Origin: Patellaria atrata CBS 101060
Lineage: Eukaryota
Reading direction: 5' to 3'
NCBI GenBank assembly: GCA_010093705.1
Contig: MU006106.1
Span: 275,086 to 339,085 of the forward strand
Length of the DNA: 64,000 nt
Positions 35,677-49,300 of the stretch are shown one piece after another; within the stretch, counting starts at the first letter, position 1, and each line of letters starts with the position of its first letter. The position numbers and the translations under genes are program-made. Below the pieces are notes generated by a model. That model made no database searches and was not told the origin of the DNA. It worked only from the letters and a program-made list of their open reading frames with translations.

Positions 35677-38600
35677 TTAAACTATACGTCGGGGCATCGC
35701 AGTAATACCACCACCGCCACCACCGCGCCTCGCATTCCCATAACCACGAGACCCAGCTCCACTGCCACCACCCGACGTCCGTTTCTTTGACGTCCGTTTC
35801 GCGACTCCATCGCCGCTCGATCGTTTCCCCTTCCCTCCCTTCTTGTAAACGTAGGATCTGGGATTCCACTTCTTACCTCCGCTTCCGACACGTCCACCAC
35901 CCCGGGCATTTGCACGAGGTGTCTGTTTAGCCGTATTCTCAGATTCCGCTTGCGTGAACCTTGAGTTGAACTCAGTGACTTCCGCTGAGGGCATGAAATA
36001 CTGGCTTGATTCTCCAACGGCTGATTCCGCAGAGTCGAAGGCATCGGAGCCGAATTCATCCTCGCTCTCCTCCTCCTCCTCGTCTGCTTCCTCTTCGGAA
36101 TCGCTGCTGAGTACAATGACGTGTTCGTGGTTGGGGTCCTGGGGTAGATTACAATGCATGGCAGCGATGTAGTCTGCTTCGTAGTCTTTGACCATATCTC
36201 GAAACGGTTTCCCGTAGCGCTGTACCTTTTCTGGATTGACGCCCTCGATAGAGAGCATCTCTTCCTCCGTTTTGGTCCAGTGTATTATCATTCTACGGAG
36301 AATAGTGTTGGTGAATGGTACTTCACGTAAGTTCTTCTTATGCAAAATATCTTTGCATTTCTTCTCTGCCTCTATGACGAAGTTCTCCACAAAGTCTTTG
36401 TGAATGGGTTCCACTTGTTCCATTTCCTCATTAATGGTGATTGGTGGTCCGAGATGCGTTTGTGTGGCTTTTCGGCGAGTCTGACGCTCCCGCACCGGTT
36501 CAAAACCATCGGACTCATCATCATCATCATCGTTGATATCGTTACCAACAACGAACGAGTCCATTCCGTAACCATTAGAATGCATCCCTTCATAGACCTC
36601 TTCACTATTGCGTGCTTTCCGTCTGCGAGAGGCCGCCTGTACAGGAGAGGATACGTTTGTCGAGATAGGATAGCTTTCTTTCGCTGCCGCAACACCCGTG
36701 CCTGATTTCTTTTTCGTCTTTTTGACTTCGGGTTTTGTTTTCTTGGTCGGTTTTGAGGGAGACATCCGTACCTGTAGTTCCAGACGCCGCTGTCCGTTCA
36801 TAAAATCTTTACATTTCTTCCCGAGCTATATGTAATTAGTATACACTCATGGGTAGATTATCTCTCATGACTTACCTTCACATATTGATTCGCAAACCCG
36901 TTTCCCTTGTTCACGACTGTACTTTCTTCCACCGCATCTTCGCTCACTAGGCGATAAAATAAGCGATCAATATTGCCACGATCAATGTCTGCACCAGCTC
37001 CAAAATGCACATGATTCACAAGGTTGTCTATATCCTTCCGTTTAACCTTTACACCACGGAAAATATCAATGCAATGTATTAGCGTAGCCTTCTTATCAGC
37101 CAAGTCTCGGACGAGCTCGAGTGCCTTAATTGCATAATCGGTGAAGTCTTGGTTTTGGAAGGACGAGGTAGAATTGCAGTTGTCACAAGTCTTTTTACAA
37201 CCGGATGCGTGGAAAGATTCGTTGAAGTAATTGAGCACTTGGACACGCCTGCAATCGCTCCGGTTCTCACAGAACTGTACAACATTCCTGAGCATTCCAA
37301 GCTGTCTTGCTTTTTGCTCCCAGTCTCCCTCCCCTTCAGCGATCATGCGTTTGATGATATTTGCATCTTGATATCCATAGAACAGGTAACAACCGGAACA
37401 TTGATTGTCACGACCCGCACGGCCTGTCTCCTGGTAATAGCCCTCCAAGCTCTTGGGTAAGCTGTGGTGGATGACAAACCGTACGTCCGGTTTATCGATC
37501 CCCATGCCAAAGGCGATTGTAGCGACTATGACGTGATATATTCCCTTCTGCCATTTGGTTTGGACTTGCTGTTTTTCCTCGGACTCCATGCCAGCGTGAT
37601 AATGATGAGCCGAGATTCCGTACTGCTCCCGTAATTTCGTTGCCACAGTCTCGCACTTTTTACGTGACAAACAATACACTATACCGCACTTGTTTTGATA
37701 GTTGCTGTTGATGATCTCTGCTATGCTTTCGAGGTCGCTCTTCCCTTTACCCTTTTGACGCACCTCGTAACTTAAGTTGGGCCGATTGAAACTCTGATTA
37801 AAAACCTTGCATCCTGATATGTGCAGATTGTGCATAACATCAATCTTCACATTCTCCGTGGCTGTTGCAGTAAGAGCCATAACGGGCACACCGGGAAATT
37901 GTTGTCTGACTCCACCCAATGCTTTGTAATCGGGGCGGAAATCATGGCCCCACTGGCTGACACAATGAGCTTCGTCTATAACAATTCTCGCCAAACGATT
38001 TCGTCTATGCAAGTTCTTGAATGCGTCGATCATGGTTTTGTTCTTACTTAGCATCTCGGGGGTAACATAAAGGACCTGAATGAATTTCTCAACCTGGGAT
38101 TCACGCAGACCCGACATGATCTGCTGACGTTGTCCTGGGCTGGACTCTCCGTTCAGGTTGAACGCCTGGATATGAAGCTTCTGCAAATGATGTACTTGAT
38201 CGACCATTAAGCTTAGCAGTGGTGAAACTACAATTGTCACGCCTCGGGTTTTGCCAGATGTGATGATCGATGGAAGTTGATAACATAATGATTTCCCGCC
38301 GCCAGTAGGCATGAGTACGAAAACGTCATCCCCAGCTAGTGTCGCATTGATAGCATCAAGTTGATGCTTTCTGAATCCTTTCAAATGGAAGCGATTTTTC
38401 ATCGCCGATTTAACATCTTGAGACCACGGGAAGCTTAAAGCGTCGGGCGCAACTGTCGAATATCTCTTCGATTTTCGAGGAGTAGTATCTTTGGACATAT
38501 TCGTCAGAGGTTGACGATTACCCGTAGTTTCCCGAAGAGCATTTCGGGGACTCGTGCTCCAATCATTCGTCCGAACAGTATTGATATTCTCCCAATTTTC

Positions 38601-40775
38601 AGCAGCACCCCAAAGGTCCTCGTCTTCATCGAAATAATTCTCCATAGGCTCTTCATCGTCTATGAAAGGCGGAGGAGTCCCCATAACGTTGCTAAAGAGA
38701 CCGTTCTCATTTTCCTCACCAAAGTAATTCTTTTGGGGCTCTGTGGAGGGAATGGGATCATGAAAGTCAGAGTTTGTACTGTAGCAACTGGTGGCCCGAG
38801 TGTGTTTCACCGCATTGACATGGCTCTTTGGTTCAGAACTAGTGGTTATCGATTGCTCGTTCTTTTGATATCCCTCACTGGTTTCTGAGTGGCGATGAAA
38901 CTGCGTCTGGGGCACTGTGTTTGACTCTAGTGTACGTCCTACCACATTCCTATGGGTGGCCGGAGTGGCTTGCGTTGAGCATACCACGATTTGTGATTTG
39001 GGGACCGGGATGAGTCGGCCATATCCATTAAGGAGGCCAGCGGTTCGAAGTAAGCCCAAAATTTCTAATTTCATTGGAATAACACGTTGATTGTTGGCTG
39101 TGATATTGCTCGTTAGTTTTTTAACTTCCTGAGGATCGTTGCTTTCGACGATAACCTGGACGAGTGAATTCGAAAGTTGTTGTTCCGTGGCAATTGCTTG
39201 ACGATATGGTTCTTGAATTTCAAGTAGTCGTTTCAGGGTTTCGCGTTTTGCTCTCAGAACATCGACTTCAGCCGTTATTTCTGTGGGCAAGCAGCCATTT
39301 GATTTCAGCATCGCAACTGCGGCTCGTGACCGCGCGTCTGCCTCATTGATAACGTTGTCTATATGATTTTCAAGATAAGAGTTCGGTAAGTTATTGAGTT
39401 CATCGATAATACCTTCCTCTTCGTCACTGATTGGTGGAAGAGATGATGAAGAGGATGATGAGGGCCCGAGCTGTGAATCAGGCACTGACGGAGTGCGTTC
39501 CATAGCTAATGATTGATCTGAAGTATGTTTTACTTTTTTTGTCGCATCCGCAGAGCTATACAAGGGAAGCGATCTTGATACATCAGTATGCGTCCCTTTT
39601 GATATGGCGCTCAATTCATTGAGTGATTCGTTCTGTATCTCGATGGAAGTGCTGTTAGTATATTTCTTAAGCTTGGGACTCCCTCTAGAGTCTGTATTGA
39701 AAGGGTCTTCTTCTTCTTCATCGGAATCGGCAACAACGCGCCGCCGTGATGTACTCGGTTTGAACTTGTACTGGTATTTAGGTGTACTTTGCTCCCTTAC
39801 CGTCTTTTTTGGAAGGGACTTGGTGTCAATTCGGGAGACTGTTTCTTCGCGAGCGTAGGGTCTGTTCGCCTTTTCCCCACTGGTGTTACTCATGACTCTC
39901 TCACTTCTCGCTTCAGTTCCGCCGCCGGTGCCGGTAACGGTATAGTCTTCATTGTCAACAATGAAATCATCCTCAGCAAACATCATCAATTGCATTGGGA
40001 TAGGAGCAACATGCACTTCTCTTGATTGAGATTTGTTTGGACTGGGACGGTGAACCAGTGTCGAGTAAGGCGGTGGCGGGTCCGATAAGACATCGTCAAT
40101 GGATATGAATCCTGAATTCTCTACCATAGCAGCAGGACGTCCAGTTTTACGAGGCGGAGAATAGACTGGATCATATATATCAGCACGATATTCTGCACTT
40201 TTCCGCTTTTTGCCATTCGATGTTTTATTGGGAGAACCCTTGGTACCCTCTTTCCCTTGCTCTTGTGAACTACTGGCGAGGTCGATTGCCTCGATATCCT
40301 GAAGAGAGAATTTCTGGGATGAGGATAATTTTGGAGATTTGGCGTAGCTCCGATTAAGTGATGGCGAAGGGACGGGCTGATTTGAAGATAAGTCCGGAAC
40401 ACGGCGTGGTTTCGTATGTGACGGTTCTATTTGGGAGAATAGCTTCGTTCTGGATGAAGTCGGAGGTGAGCGAAGTCGTGCCATATTCGAAGATACGTTT
40501 AATTTGGTGCTTGATGGTAGTGTTTTATGCTGCGTAATAATATTCGGATTTGGCTGGTTGCCGATCTCGAACGATTCGGCGGGTTGGGAAAAGGTAGGCT
40601 TCGTCTTGGACTCATGGTCTAAACTAAAATTCACAGATAATGAATCGGTTCCTGGAGGCCTAATACTCAAGGTAGTAGGAGGATTATCGCCCGGTGGAAT
40701 GCGAAATTCCGGAGAAATGAAGGGTTTGGAGGATAAGAACCAGTTCAACTGTGTCGTCAAATTATTGATAGTCAT
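35677..40775 (-). CDS. SGS1: RecQ-family DNA helicase (Sgs1/BLM/MusN); intron ~36826-36875
   Basis: MPTGGGKSLCYQLP, DEAHCVSQWGHDFRPDY, ALTATAT, ATIAFGMGIDKPDVRFV, QETGRAGRD and RQC zinc motif CRR...CDNC. Exon 2 carries an HRDC-like region; long disordered N-terminus. Confidence 0.95.
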
Positions 40776-40930
40776 GGAGGCAACGCATGTCGTAAGTATA
40801 GGTGCTGCTACTCAAAGTGTAGAAGTCAGCACCTCTTCTTCGGACGTCGCTAGATTGTGGTGGTGATGTTGCGCCTCCAATCAGCGCGGTGTTTTGGATG
40901 ACACGACGTTCGAGTTTGCCAAGCCTCACG

Positions 40931-40940
40931 ACGCGTCGCG
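40931..40940. promoter_or_regulatory. MCB-like element (ACGCGT followed by CGCG) in the divergent SGS1/decarboxylase promoter
   Basis: ACGCGTCGCG lies ~155 bp upstream of the SGS1 ATG. ACGCGT is the MBF-binding MCB box of fungal G1/S DNA replication and repair genes. Confidence 0.45.
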
Positions 40941-41105
40941 GTTGAAGAACGCACGGGCCATGACCACGAAGTCAGCCTTTTCAGGGATCAAGGGGACAAT
41001 TTTTATCCGCAACATCCGCTTTGTTCGTCTTTCATTGAAGATGTTGCGAAAGTGGAAAACATTTGTACTCACATAGAGCTAGTAGTTTTGCTTCTTCCCT
41101 TCACA

Positions 41106-42802
41106 ATGCTACGACAACCTGCTGCTGAGTTCAAGTCAATATCATTCACTGAAGCAGTACTTGATCACGTATTGCCTAATCCGGACCGCGTGGAGCATGG
41201 CAGGCAAGCTCTGTATGATACGCTACTGGAAGATGGTTTAGGATTACAGCGTGCGGTTGAGCATCTTCAGCAAGATATCTTACCAGCTCTTAACAACAGC
41301 AGTCGCTCCCCAAACTATTATGGTTTCGTCACAGGAGGAGCGACTCCAGGAGGGGAATATGCGGATCACTTAGTGACAACTTACGACCAGAATTTGGGCG
41401 TACATTTACCAAATGACGGGATTGCTACGGACGTGGAGAACAAAGCTTTGATTCTACTCTGCGATTTGCTCAACCTAGACTGGAACGTTTGGAGCCACCG
41501 CACATTTACCACTGGAGCAACGGCTAGCAATGTCTTAGGACTAGCATGTGGACGGGATTTTGTAGTAAAGAAAGCAGGAGAGAAGAGTTCTTCCTCTTTT
41601 GAAGGCGTGGGAGAGAGGGGATTAATAGGCGCAATGATTACTGCTGGTTTGGAACACGTTCAGGTCCTGACGTCTGTTCCTCATTCTTCATTAAGCAAGG
41701 CAGCTAGTGTCGTAGGCATAGGACGAACTTCAGTGAAATCATCTTGCTTAGATAGCACTCCGCATCGTATTGATATGGATCGTTTAGAAGAGCAACTTCA
41801 GTCGCCTCGGACAGCTTCCATTATTGCAATATCTTGCAGTGAAGTAAATACTGGTCTCTTTGCAACGACTGGGATTGAAGAGATGCGGACGATTCGAAAT
41901 CTCGCTGATAAGTATGGTGCTTGGATACATGTGGACGGAGGTGAGCGATAAATTTTACCATAAACATGAAGATGTTCGACGACCCCTTCTCTATTGATGG
42001 GCATTTTCTAACCTTCATATTCACTCCTAACACTTTTTTGTAACTAACGAATGACAGCATTTGGCATTATGGGTAGGATTCTGTCTAGTCCAGAATATGA
42101 CGATATCATCCGTGGCTGTGCCGGCATGGAGCTCGCAGATTCTATAACAGGAGATGGACATAAGCTGCTCAATGTTGTCAGTGCATGCGATTCTTTTCAC
42201 CAAACCTTTGAACTTACCTTCACTTTGATCTTTCATAAACAGTATGATAACATCTATTACAGCCTTACGACTGCGGATTCTTTCTGTCTAAGCATCTGGA
42301 CATTGCTCAAGCTGTCTTTCAAAATCCAAATGCCGCTTACCTTAGTACGGCTCCATCGAGCATACCGTCACCACTTGATATAGGACTTGAAAACTCTCGG
42401 CGGTTCCGGGCATTACCAGTCTATGCTTCACTCTTGAGTTACGGCCGTTCGGGTTATGTCGATATGTTGAAGCGGCAAATTCAACTTGCTCGCGATGTTG
42501 CAGTATATATCTCACGTAGCGAATCCTTTGAACTTCTTGCACTCCCAGATCCGGGAGCATCTGAGTCAGAAATCGTGGCGGGAATCTTTATTATCGTGCT
42601 TTTCAGAGCTAAGGATCCTTTCCTGAACGTTAAACTGGTAAGTAGGATCAACAGTTCCCGAAAAATATACGTCTCCGGCACTTCTTGGGAGGGGAAGCCT
42701 GCTTGCAGATTCGCTGTTAGTAACTGGAAAACGGATGTCACCAGAGACCTGCCCATCATAGTGCAAGTTCTGGAAGGGGTAGTTGAGGAATCGAAGTTGT
42801 AA
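41106..42802 (+). CDS. Group II pyridoxal-phosphate-dependent decarboxylase (aromatic-L-amino-acid/tyrosine decarboxylase-like); 3 exons
   Basis: SPNYYGFVTGG, FTTGATASNVLGLACGR, HSSLSKAAS, WIHVDG|AFG, the PLP lysine in DSITGDGHKLLNV|PYDCG, and ENSRRFRALP. Confidence 0.9.
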
Positions 42803-44149
42803 AAAGAATCTCGAGGATATTCTTCAGTCAAAAGATAACCACAGTCGCACTGGGTTCTCTTCCACACTACCTATCGCATCATGTACTGACTGGACAACAC
42901 TCCGAACAACGCTACAGAACTGCAAGAGGATGTAAAGAAACAAACAATTTTCTATGTACCTATATCTTTACGTGGCACTTTCGCTCCCGAACATCTCGGT
43001 CACGTTATCAAAGATGGGCCATCAGATTATGAAATATAGAGTAGAAGAGATCTTATTATTGGGCCGAGATGATCCAGAATTTCGGACAAAACCCTCATGG
43101 GTAGCGACGGGAGATCATCAGCATCCCGTGTTGATCTCTTACAAGCATCCCTCGAGAAAGAGCCAATGAATATGAAGGTAAAGTATTGTTTTAAATCCTA
43201 ACTTAAGATGATTTTATAGACCGTAAGCAAATTCAGCCTCGCGGTACGTTCTTGTGCTGAAATTCTCAATTCATGGTTAAGGAGACGATTACAGCCAGCC
43301 ACAGTTGATATTAAGCGGTACCCAAAGGCCTAGAACCGCGTTGTCGATCTTCTACTGGATAAGGAACGTCAAGAACGTGGTGTGGCTTGCAGCGAGGATG
43401 GCTCATTTTGGATGTCTAGCCAAGCGAAGCAGAGCCCCTAACTCTTTCTGGACTCCATCTGCATCTTTCTTCATGTTCACCATCGCATTTTAATATCGTT
43501 TCATGCTGATGTCCGATTAGCATTTTCCCATACCATTAGCTCTTGAAGAGTTGCATTGGTCTAGCTGATGTTACTGCAATCTTCACCAAGTCCGTCAGTT
43601 GTTCCTAAGAATAGATTCCTTTCTAGATATCTCGAAAAATCATAGCAGCTGTAAAAGGACACTATCAACGGAATTGCACCCGTCAATAAGTCGAGAAATT
43701 ATCACAATACTTGTCTTGACCATAGAATCTTACAAGAATCTTCAATCTCCGCAAGAATTGGCGTCCAACTGTTGCTTTGGGTCGTGGCGTAGAACATTCA
43801 ACCCGCTGTAACGCCTTAAGGTGTGGCGCTTCGCTCCTTCGAGCTTGTCCACGATGTCTAGACCTATCTAAAGTTGAGAACAACGCCAGAAGAAGCATGT
43901 CAGTTGATTCTGGCTGAAGAATGGTCGGCAAGAGCGACAGTCTGCAGCATGCGGACAGCCATATCGCCAGCCGACGATGTGGGAGCGCCCAAGGAGAAGG
44001 TAGGTAACGGAGAACGCGAGAACTTGCTGGGGATACAAAAGCTTTAGGTCATCCCCTCTGGACAAGGTAGGATTGATTTTCAATCTCTCGATTTTCAGAG
44101 TCAAGTCTCCGATTTCTTGTTTCGTCGTTGTCTCCTTTCTATTTACATA

Positions 44150-46529
44150 ATGTCTCGCAACGACGTGATAGTCAGTATTCCGTCTTCCACCATAGCTGCG
44201 GATTCAGTATTATCGAGTGAAAAAAAAGCAACAGGGCTCACGGTTTCCACACTCGAGATTCAAGATGGAAGTGAGAAGGGGCACAACCCCTTTCATCACT
44301 TCAGGGGAAGACGGAGGATAAGTGACCCCACTGCAGGCCGAAAGGAAGAGCAGCAAAAAATCGGTTACGATGGCGAGGAGGACACCGTAAACAAGTTAGG
44401 CCGTATCTACAAAGCTATTCTCGACTTCCACCTAATCACTCGGTATGCCGTGTATATTCTACCTGTTTCTGCTTTACTGGCTATTCCAATTGCCATATTT
44501 GCTACCATCCATTCCAATGCTCGAGCGGATGGCATCAGACTTCTCGGACTCTTTATATGGCTTCAGATCATCTGGATCAGTCTTTGGGTGGGCAAACTCA
44601 TTGCAAAGATGGTGCCTTACATCTTCACCTTCTTTTGCGGGATTGTCAGCTCAGGCACCCGCAAGTACCGTCTTATTCTCGTCGCGATCGAGGTTCCAAT
44701 TTCGCTGCTCGCGTGGGCCGTCGTCGCTTGGGCTACTGTTCCAGTCATCAAATCATTCGACAAGCACAGGCCGAATCCAGAATGGATTAACACACTCCGG
44801 AGGGTTATCCTTGCTTCAATTTGCGTAGCTGCTTGCTTTGTCTTCGAAAAGGTTATTGTACAACTCGTCGGTATCAATTACCATAGGAAGCAATTTAATG
44901 CCAGAATCCACGCATCAAAGCACAAAGTTCGTCTTTTAGACGCTATGTACGAAGAGTCGAGAAGACTTTTCCCAACTTACTGTTCCGAGTTCATGGACGA
45001 GGATTACACAATCCTTACCGGGCTCTCCCAAGGGTCTTTACTGTCTCGATCAAGTAGCGCACCGCTTAAGATCATTAATAATATCGGCCGCGCTGGAGAA
45101 ACCGTTACGTCCGCATTTGGCAACATGGCCAGCGAAATCACCGGAGGTCAAGTCGCCGGTACCACCGCCGCACATTCAATCGTCATTGAAGCTCTCGAGA
45201 TGAAAACCTCTACCGAAGCACTCGCACGCCGTCTTTGGATGTCCTTCGTTGCCGAAGGCCACGACGCCCTCTATCAGAAAGATATTGAGGATATCTTCGG
45301 CTCTGGTAGACTTCAAGAAGCCGAAGACATCTTCGCGACTCTCGACGCAGACTGCAACGGCGACATCAGTATGGAAGAGATGGTCATCACTGTCGTAGAA
45401 ATCGCTCGCGAACGCAAGGCTATTGCCAGGAGCATGCACGACGTCAACCAAGCCGTCCGAGTTCTGGACCGCTTCCTTGGTGTAATTGTCCTGATTGCTG
45501 TTGGTATGATCTATGGTAAGTCAACATCACATTTTCTCCCTACTATCATGATTACTCGCTAACGCCCAACTAGCCGCGTTCTTCTCTTCCGGCTTCGCCA
45601 AATACATGGCCACAATCGGCACCCAAATTGCCGCCGTCTCCTTCGCCCTCGCCGGCACGGCCCAAGAGTTCCTCGGGTCCTGCATCTTCCTCTTCGTCAA
45701 GCATCCCTACGACGTCGGCGACACCGTGCTCATCGACAAGACCTCCCTCATCGTCGAGCACATCTCCCTCCTCTACACCACCTTCCGCCGCCTTGACTCC
45801 AACCGCACAGTCCAAATCCCGAACATCGTAAACAACACGATGTGGATCGAGAACATAACGCGCAGCCAAGCGATGAAAGAGCAAATCTCCCTCGCCATCA
45901 GCCCCAGCACCTCGAACGACGACATCGACTTGCTCAAGCGCGAAATGCAACACTTCGTCCTCTCCGCCGACAACAAGCGCGACTTCAACCCCGCCGTCGA
46001 GATCGAGCTGCTGGGCGTAGGCGATATGACGAAGCTCGAGCTCCGCCTCGAGGTCACGCACAAGTCCAACTGGGCAAACGAACCCCTCCGCGCCGCCCGC
46101 AGGAACAAACTCATGACCGCCCTCCTCGCCGCCCTCCGCGCCGTTCCCATCTATCCCCCTGCCGGTGGCGACGCGGCATTGGGCGACTACAACCGTCCCG
46201 CGTACTCGGTTGCCGTGTCCGAGACCGAAGCGGCGGAGGCCCGCAAGAAGTTCGCTGCAGATAAGGAGGCCAAGAGGTTAGTTCCAACGGTGCAGGGAGA
46301 GGCGGAGAAGGCGACTGATGCTGGTATCTCCAGTGGCGCGCAGCATGGTCTTCGTCCCGCGGATCTGCATTCTAGACCTGTGAGTCGGAGTTCGATGGAG
46401 TCGAGAAGGGAGGGCAGGACCGGGCTGCGGAAGGCGAGTCAGGCAGAGGGCACGCACGAGGAGTTTAGCAGAAGCGTGCGGAGGAGTGGCACGTTCCATC
46501 AATCTAAGACTGCGAGAGATGGGTTTTAG
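44150..46529 (+). CDS. MscS-like mechanosensitive ion channel (Msy1/Msy2-type) with EF-hand; intron ~45516-45573
   Basis: Several TM helices, YHRKQFNARI, EALARRLWMSF, EF-hand LDADCNGDISMEE, and the MscS core FLGSCIFLFVKHPYDVGDTVLID...EHISLLYTTF...IENITRS. Confidence 0.92.
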
Positions 46530-47346
46530 GTCATGGGGTGACGGTTGGACTTGAAGCTGGGGGTGGGGATGGGAGTAAGGGCCAGTGTATATGGAGGTGG
46601 GCGTATTGAATGATTTATGACTGCGTGTGATACCATATATATCTAATTCGAGCGCAATTATTTTCATCTTACCAAGTCTTTGCAATTTTTATGTGAAGGT
46701 CGTTCATATGTGAGTTTTGGAACCTGCTGGGTCAGTACCGGCATTCCTTGGACGGTGTACGGGTGCTGCATAAACGCTGGCAGACTAGGAATTTCGTCTC
46801 ACTCGAGAAATTTCGTGAACATGTTTTTCTCGCCTGTTACGGTGCTTGACTAGCGGGCTGCTGTACACTGGCTGTACGAACATTCGCGAAGGGACAATTT
46901 CGGCTTCTCGAGGAGTTGATTTCGTCACGGCCGTTGGAGATCCTCCATAGCGAGTGTACAGCCAAATCCCAGCAGCAGGGCTAAAGCAGAAAACAGCCTT
47001 CGATATCTTATTCGCGAATGGGAGATACAGAGATGATATGCAATAATCGATTTCCAGATCGAATTTGAAGTTTCCATGTTCGTTAAGAACACGAATTAAT
47101 GCTCTAGATGCATATTCTAGTGGTGTTGAAAAGCAAAAGATCCCTCCCGTATACGCCAAACAAACTCCTAATCATAGCTTCACACCCGGTCGATGCGCGT
47201 TGAGCATGCATAAACCCCCTTAGTAACCTTTAACGGACTTTTGTTAACCCGACCATGCATGCGCCTGTTGAAAGAATGCTATAGTCCCGATCAAGTAGAG
47301 TCAAGATACCAACAAGAAATCATAACCATATATACCAGACGAGTGT

Positions 47347-48930
47347 TTAGACGGGGAGAGGGAAAGTGCTAGCCCACTCTGAAATCTCCTTCCTCAAATC
47401 ATTGATCTCAGCAATATCACCTTGTGTAATCTTCGCCTTGAAGTCTTTGAGCTTATTCGCCTCAGTAGGAAGCTCGCTCTGGATCTTCTTAGTGAGTTTG
47501 ATGCAAGTATCAATATAGTTTGCTATCCTCTTGAAGTCATCCTCTCCAAGACCTCTGCTGGTCATGGCGGGAGCACCGATACGAATACCGCAGGGTGTGA
47601 GTGCGGACTTATCACCGGGAGTGGTGTTCTTGTTGCATGCAATGTTGACTTGCTCAAGCACACCTTCGACACGAGCGCCGTCTAGTGAAAGGGGCTTTAG
47701 GTCAATGAGCACCATGTGGTTGTCAGTACCATCGGTAACGAGCTTGTATTCCAGCTTTTTGAACTCATCCTCGAGGGCTTTGGCGTTCTTAATGACTTGT
47801 TGTTGGTAAAGCTTGAACTCTTCAGTTTGGGCTTGCTTCAAAGCAACAGCTAGAGCAGTGATAGTGTGGTTGTGGGGACCACCCTGATGGCCAGGGAAAA
47901 CGGAAAAGTTGATGGGGCCCTCAAGATCGTACAAAGTCTCCTTTCCAGTCTTGGCGTCCGTCTTCCGTACACCCCTACGGAAGAAGATCATGGCACCACG
48001 TGGACCACGGAGAGATTTGTGCGTAGTTGTAGTGACAATGTCACAGTATTCAAAGGGCGAGACCATGACGCCAGCAGCGATCAGTCCAGAAATATGGGCC
48101 ATGTCCATGAGTAGATATGCGCCGACTTTGTCTGCAATCTGTCTCATGCGCTTGTAGTCTATTTCTCTACAGTAAGCAGAGGTACCCGCAACAAGAACCT
48201 TTGGCCTGTAGAGGAGAGCATTTGCTTCAAGAACATCGTAGTCAATCAGACCGGTTGCAAGATTGACTTGGTATGGCAGAGTCTCAAAGTATGTGGATAC
48301 GGCCGAGATCCTACATAACGCGCGTCAGCATTTATGTCACTCGAAACTGGGCTAGTGACTCTTACTTCCTCTGAGGAGTCTGGTAACCGTGGCTCAAATG
48401 GCCACCATGAGGCAGATCGAGACCCATCAAGCGCTCATGTGGTCTCATGATAGCCTGATATACTTGAAGATTCGCAGGGCTGCCACTCAAGCATTGTACG
48501 TTGACACCCCACTTTGCGGGGTCCAAGCCAAAGGTCTTCAGGGCACGGTTTTGGCAGGTTGTTTCAATCGCATCAATGTGCTGGTTACCACCATAATATC
48601 GTGCCCCCGGGTACCCCTCTGAGTATTTATTTGACATTGGAGACCCAAGGGCGTCAAATACAGCCCGGGAGGTAACATTTTCGGAAGCAATGAGAAGGAT
48701 AGATTCCCGTTGACGCTGGATTTCCTTTTTCTAAAAAAGAGTATTAATATAGTATCTGAATGGAGTCAAGATGGGATGCATACCATAATCTCCGCGACCT
48801 CGGGATCGGTCTCAGCGAGGGACTTCTCCATCAGCTGCATATGAGTCAGTATACGGCAAACATCAAACGCTCGTCTTCTAGTGGGGAAGCTTACGTCCTG
48901 ATGGGACTTTGGAAGGGCGTAGGTGGGCAT
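47347..48930 (-). CDS. SHM2: Cytosolic serine hydroxymethyltransferase; introns 48835-48894, 48731-48783 and 48311-48365
   Basis: [53 protein letters not shown], the PLP site [13 protein letters not shown], and [11 protein letters not shown]. No mitochondrial presequence. Confidence 0.96.
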
Positions 48931-49300
48931 GGTGTATATTCAACTAGTGTATCGATCGGGAGAGATGATAGAAGAATTGAAGTCAATTGTGGGCTTTTCA
49001 GAAATTTGGAGGGGTTGTACTGCGTATAAAATTTGTATGAAGTTTTGTGGATGGACTGTAACCATTTTTCCTTGGTAGTCTCGCCGCTAAATTGCGGGAC
49101 CGGATCCCGAAGCTCCAGGAAGAGCAGGAAGCCCGGCTACCGTAATCGGAGAGTGAGCTTCTTACCCTTTTGGTACTACGCCCCATTAACTAGCAGAACG
49201 GGGTCTAAATACCTTTAGTACCTTATTAGGACTCCCCTCCCGTCTAGCTATCTATCGGATTCTAATGTACAATACTATCTATGATTTACACCGGCAGGGA

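Noticed and set aside
43000..44104. Possible gene or relic between the decarboxylase and MscS genes
   Set aside because: Only short ORFs with no recognisable motif; cannot be distinguished from intergenic sequence.
45570..46264. Long antisense and alternate-frame ORFs overlapping MscS (similar ones overlap the reductase, HRD1 and iminopeptidase genes)
   Set aside because: Expected by-products of high GC3 and codon bias in real genes.
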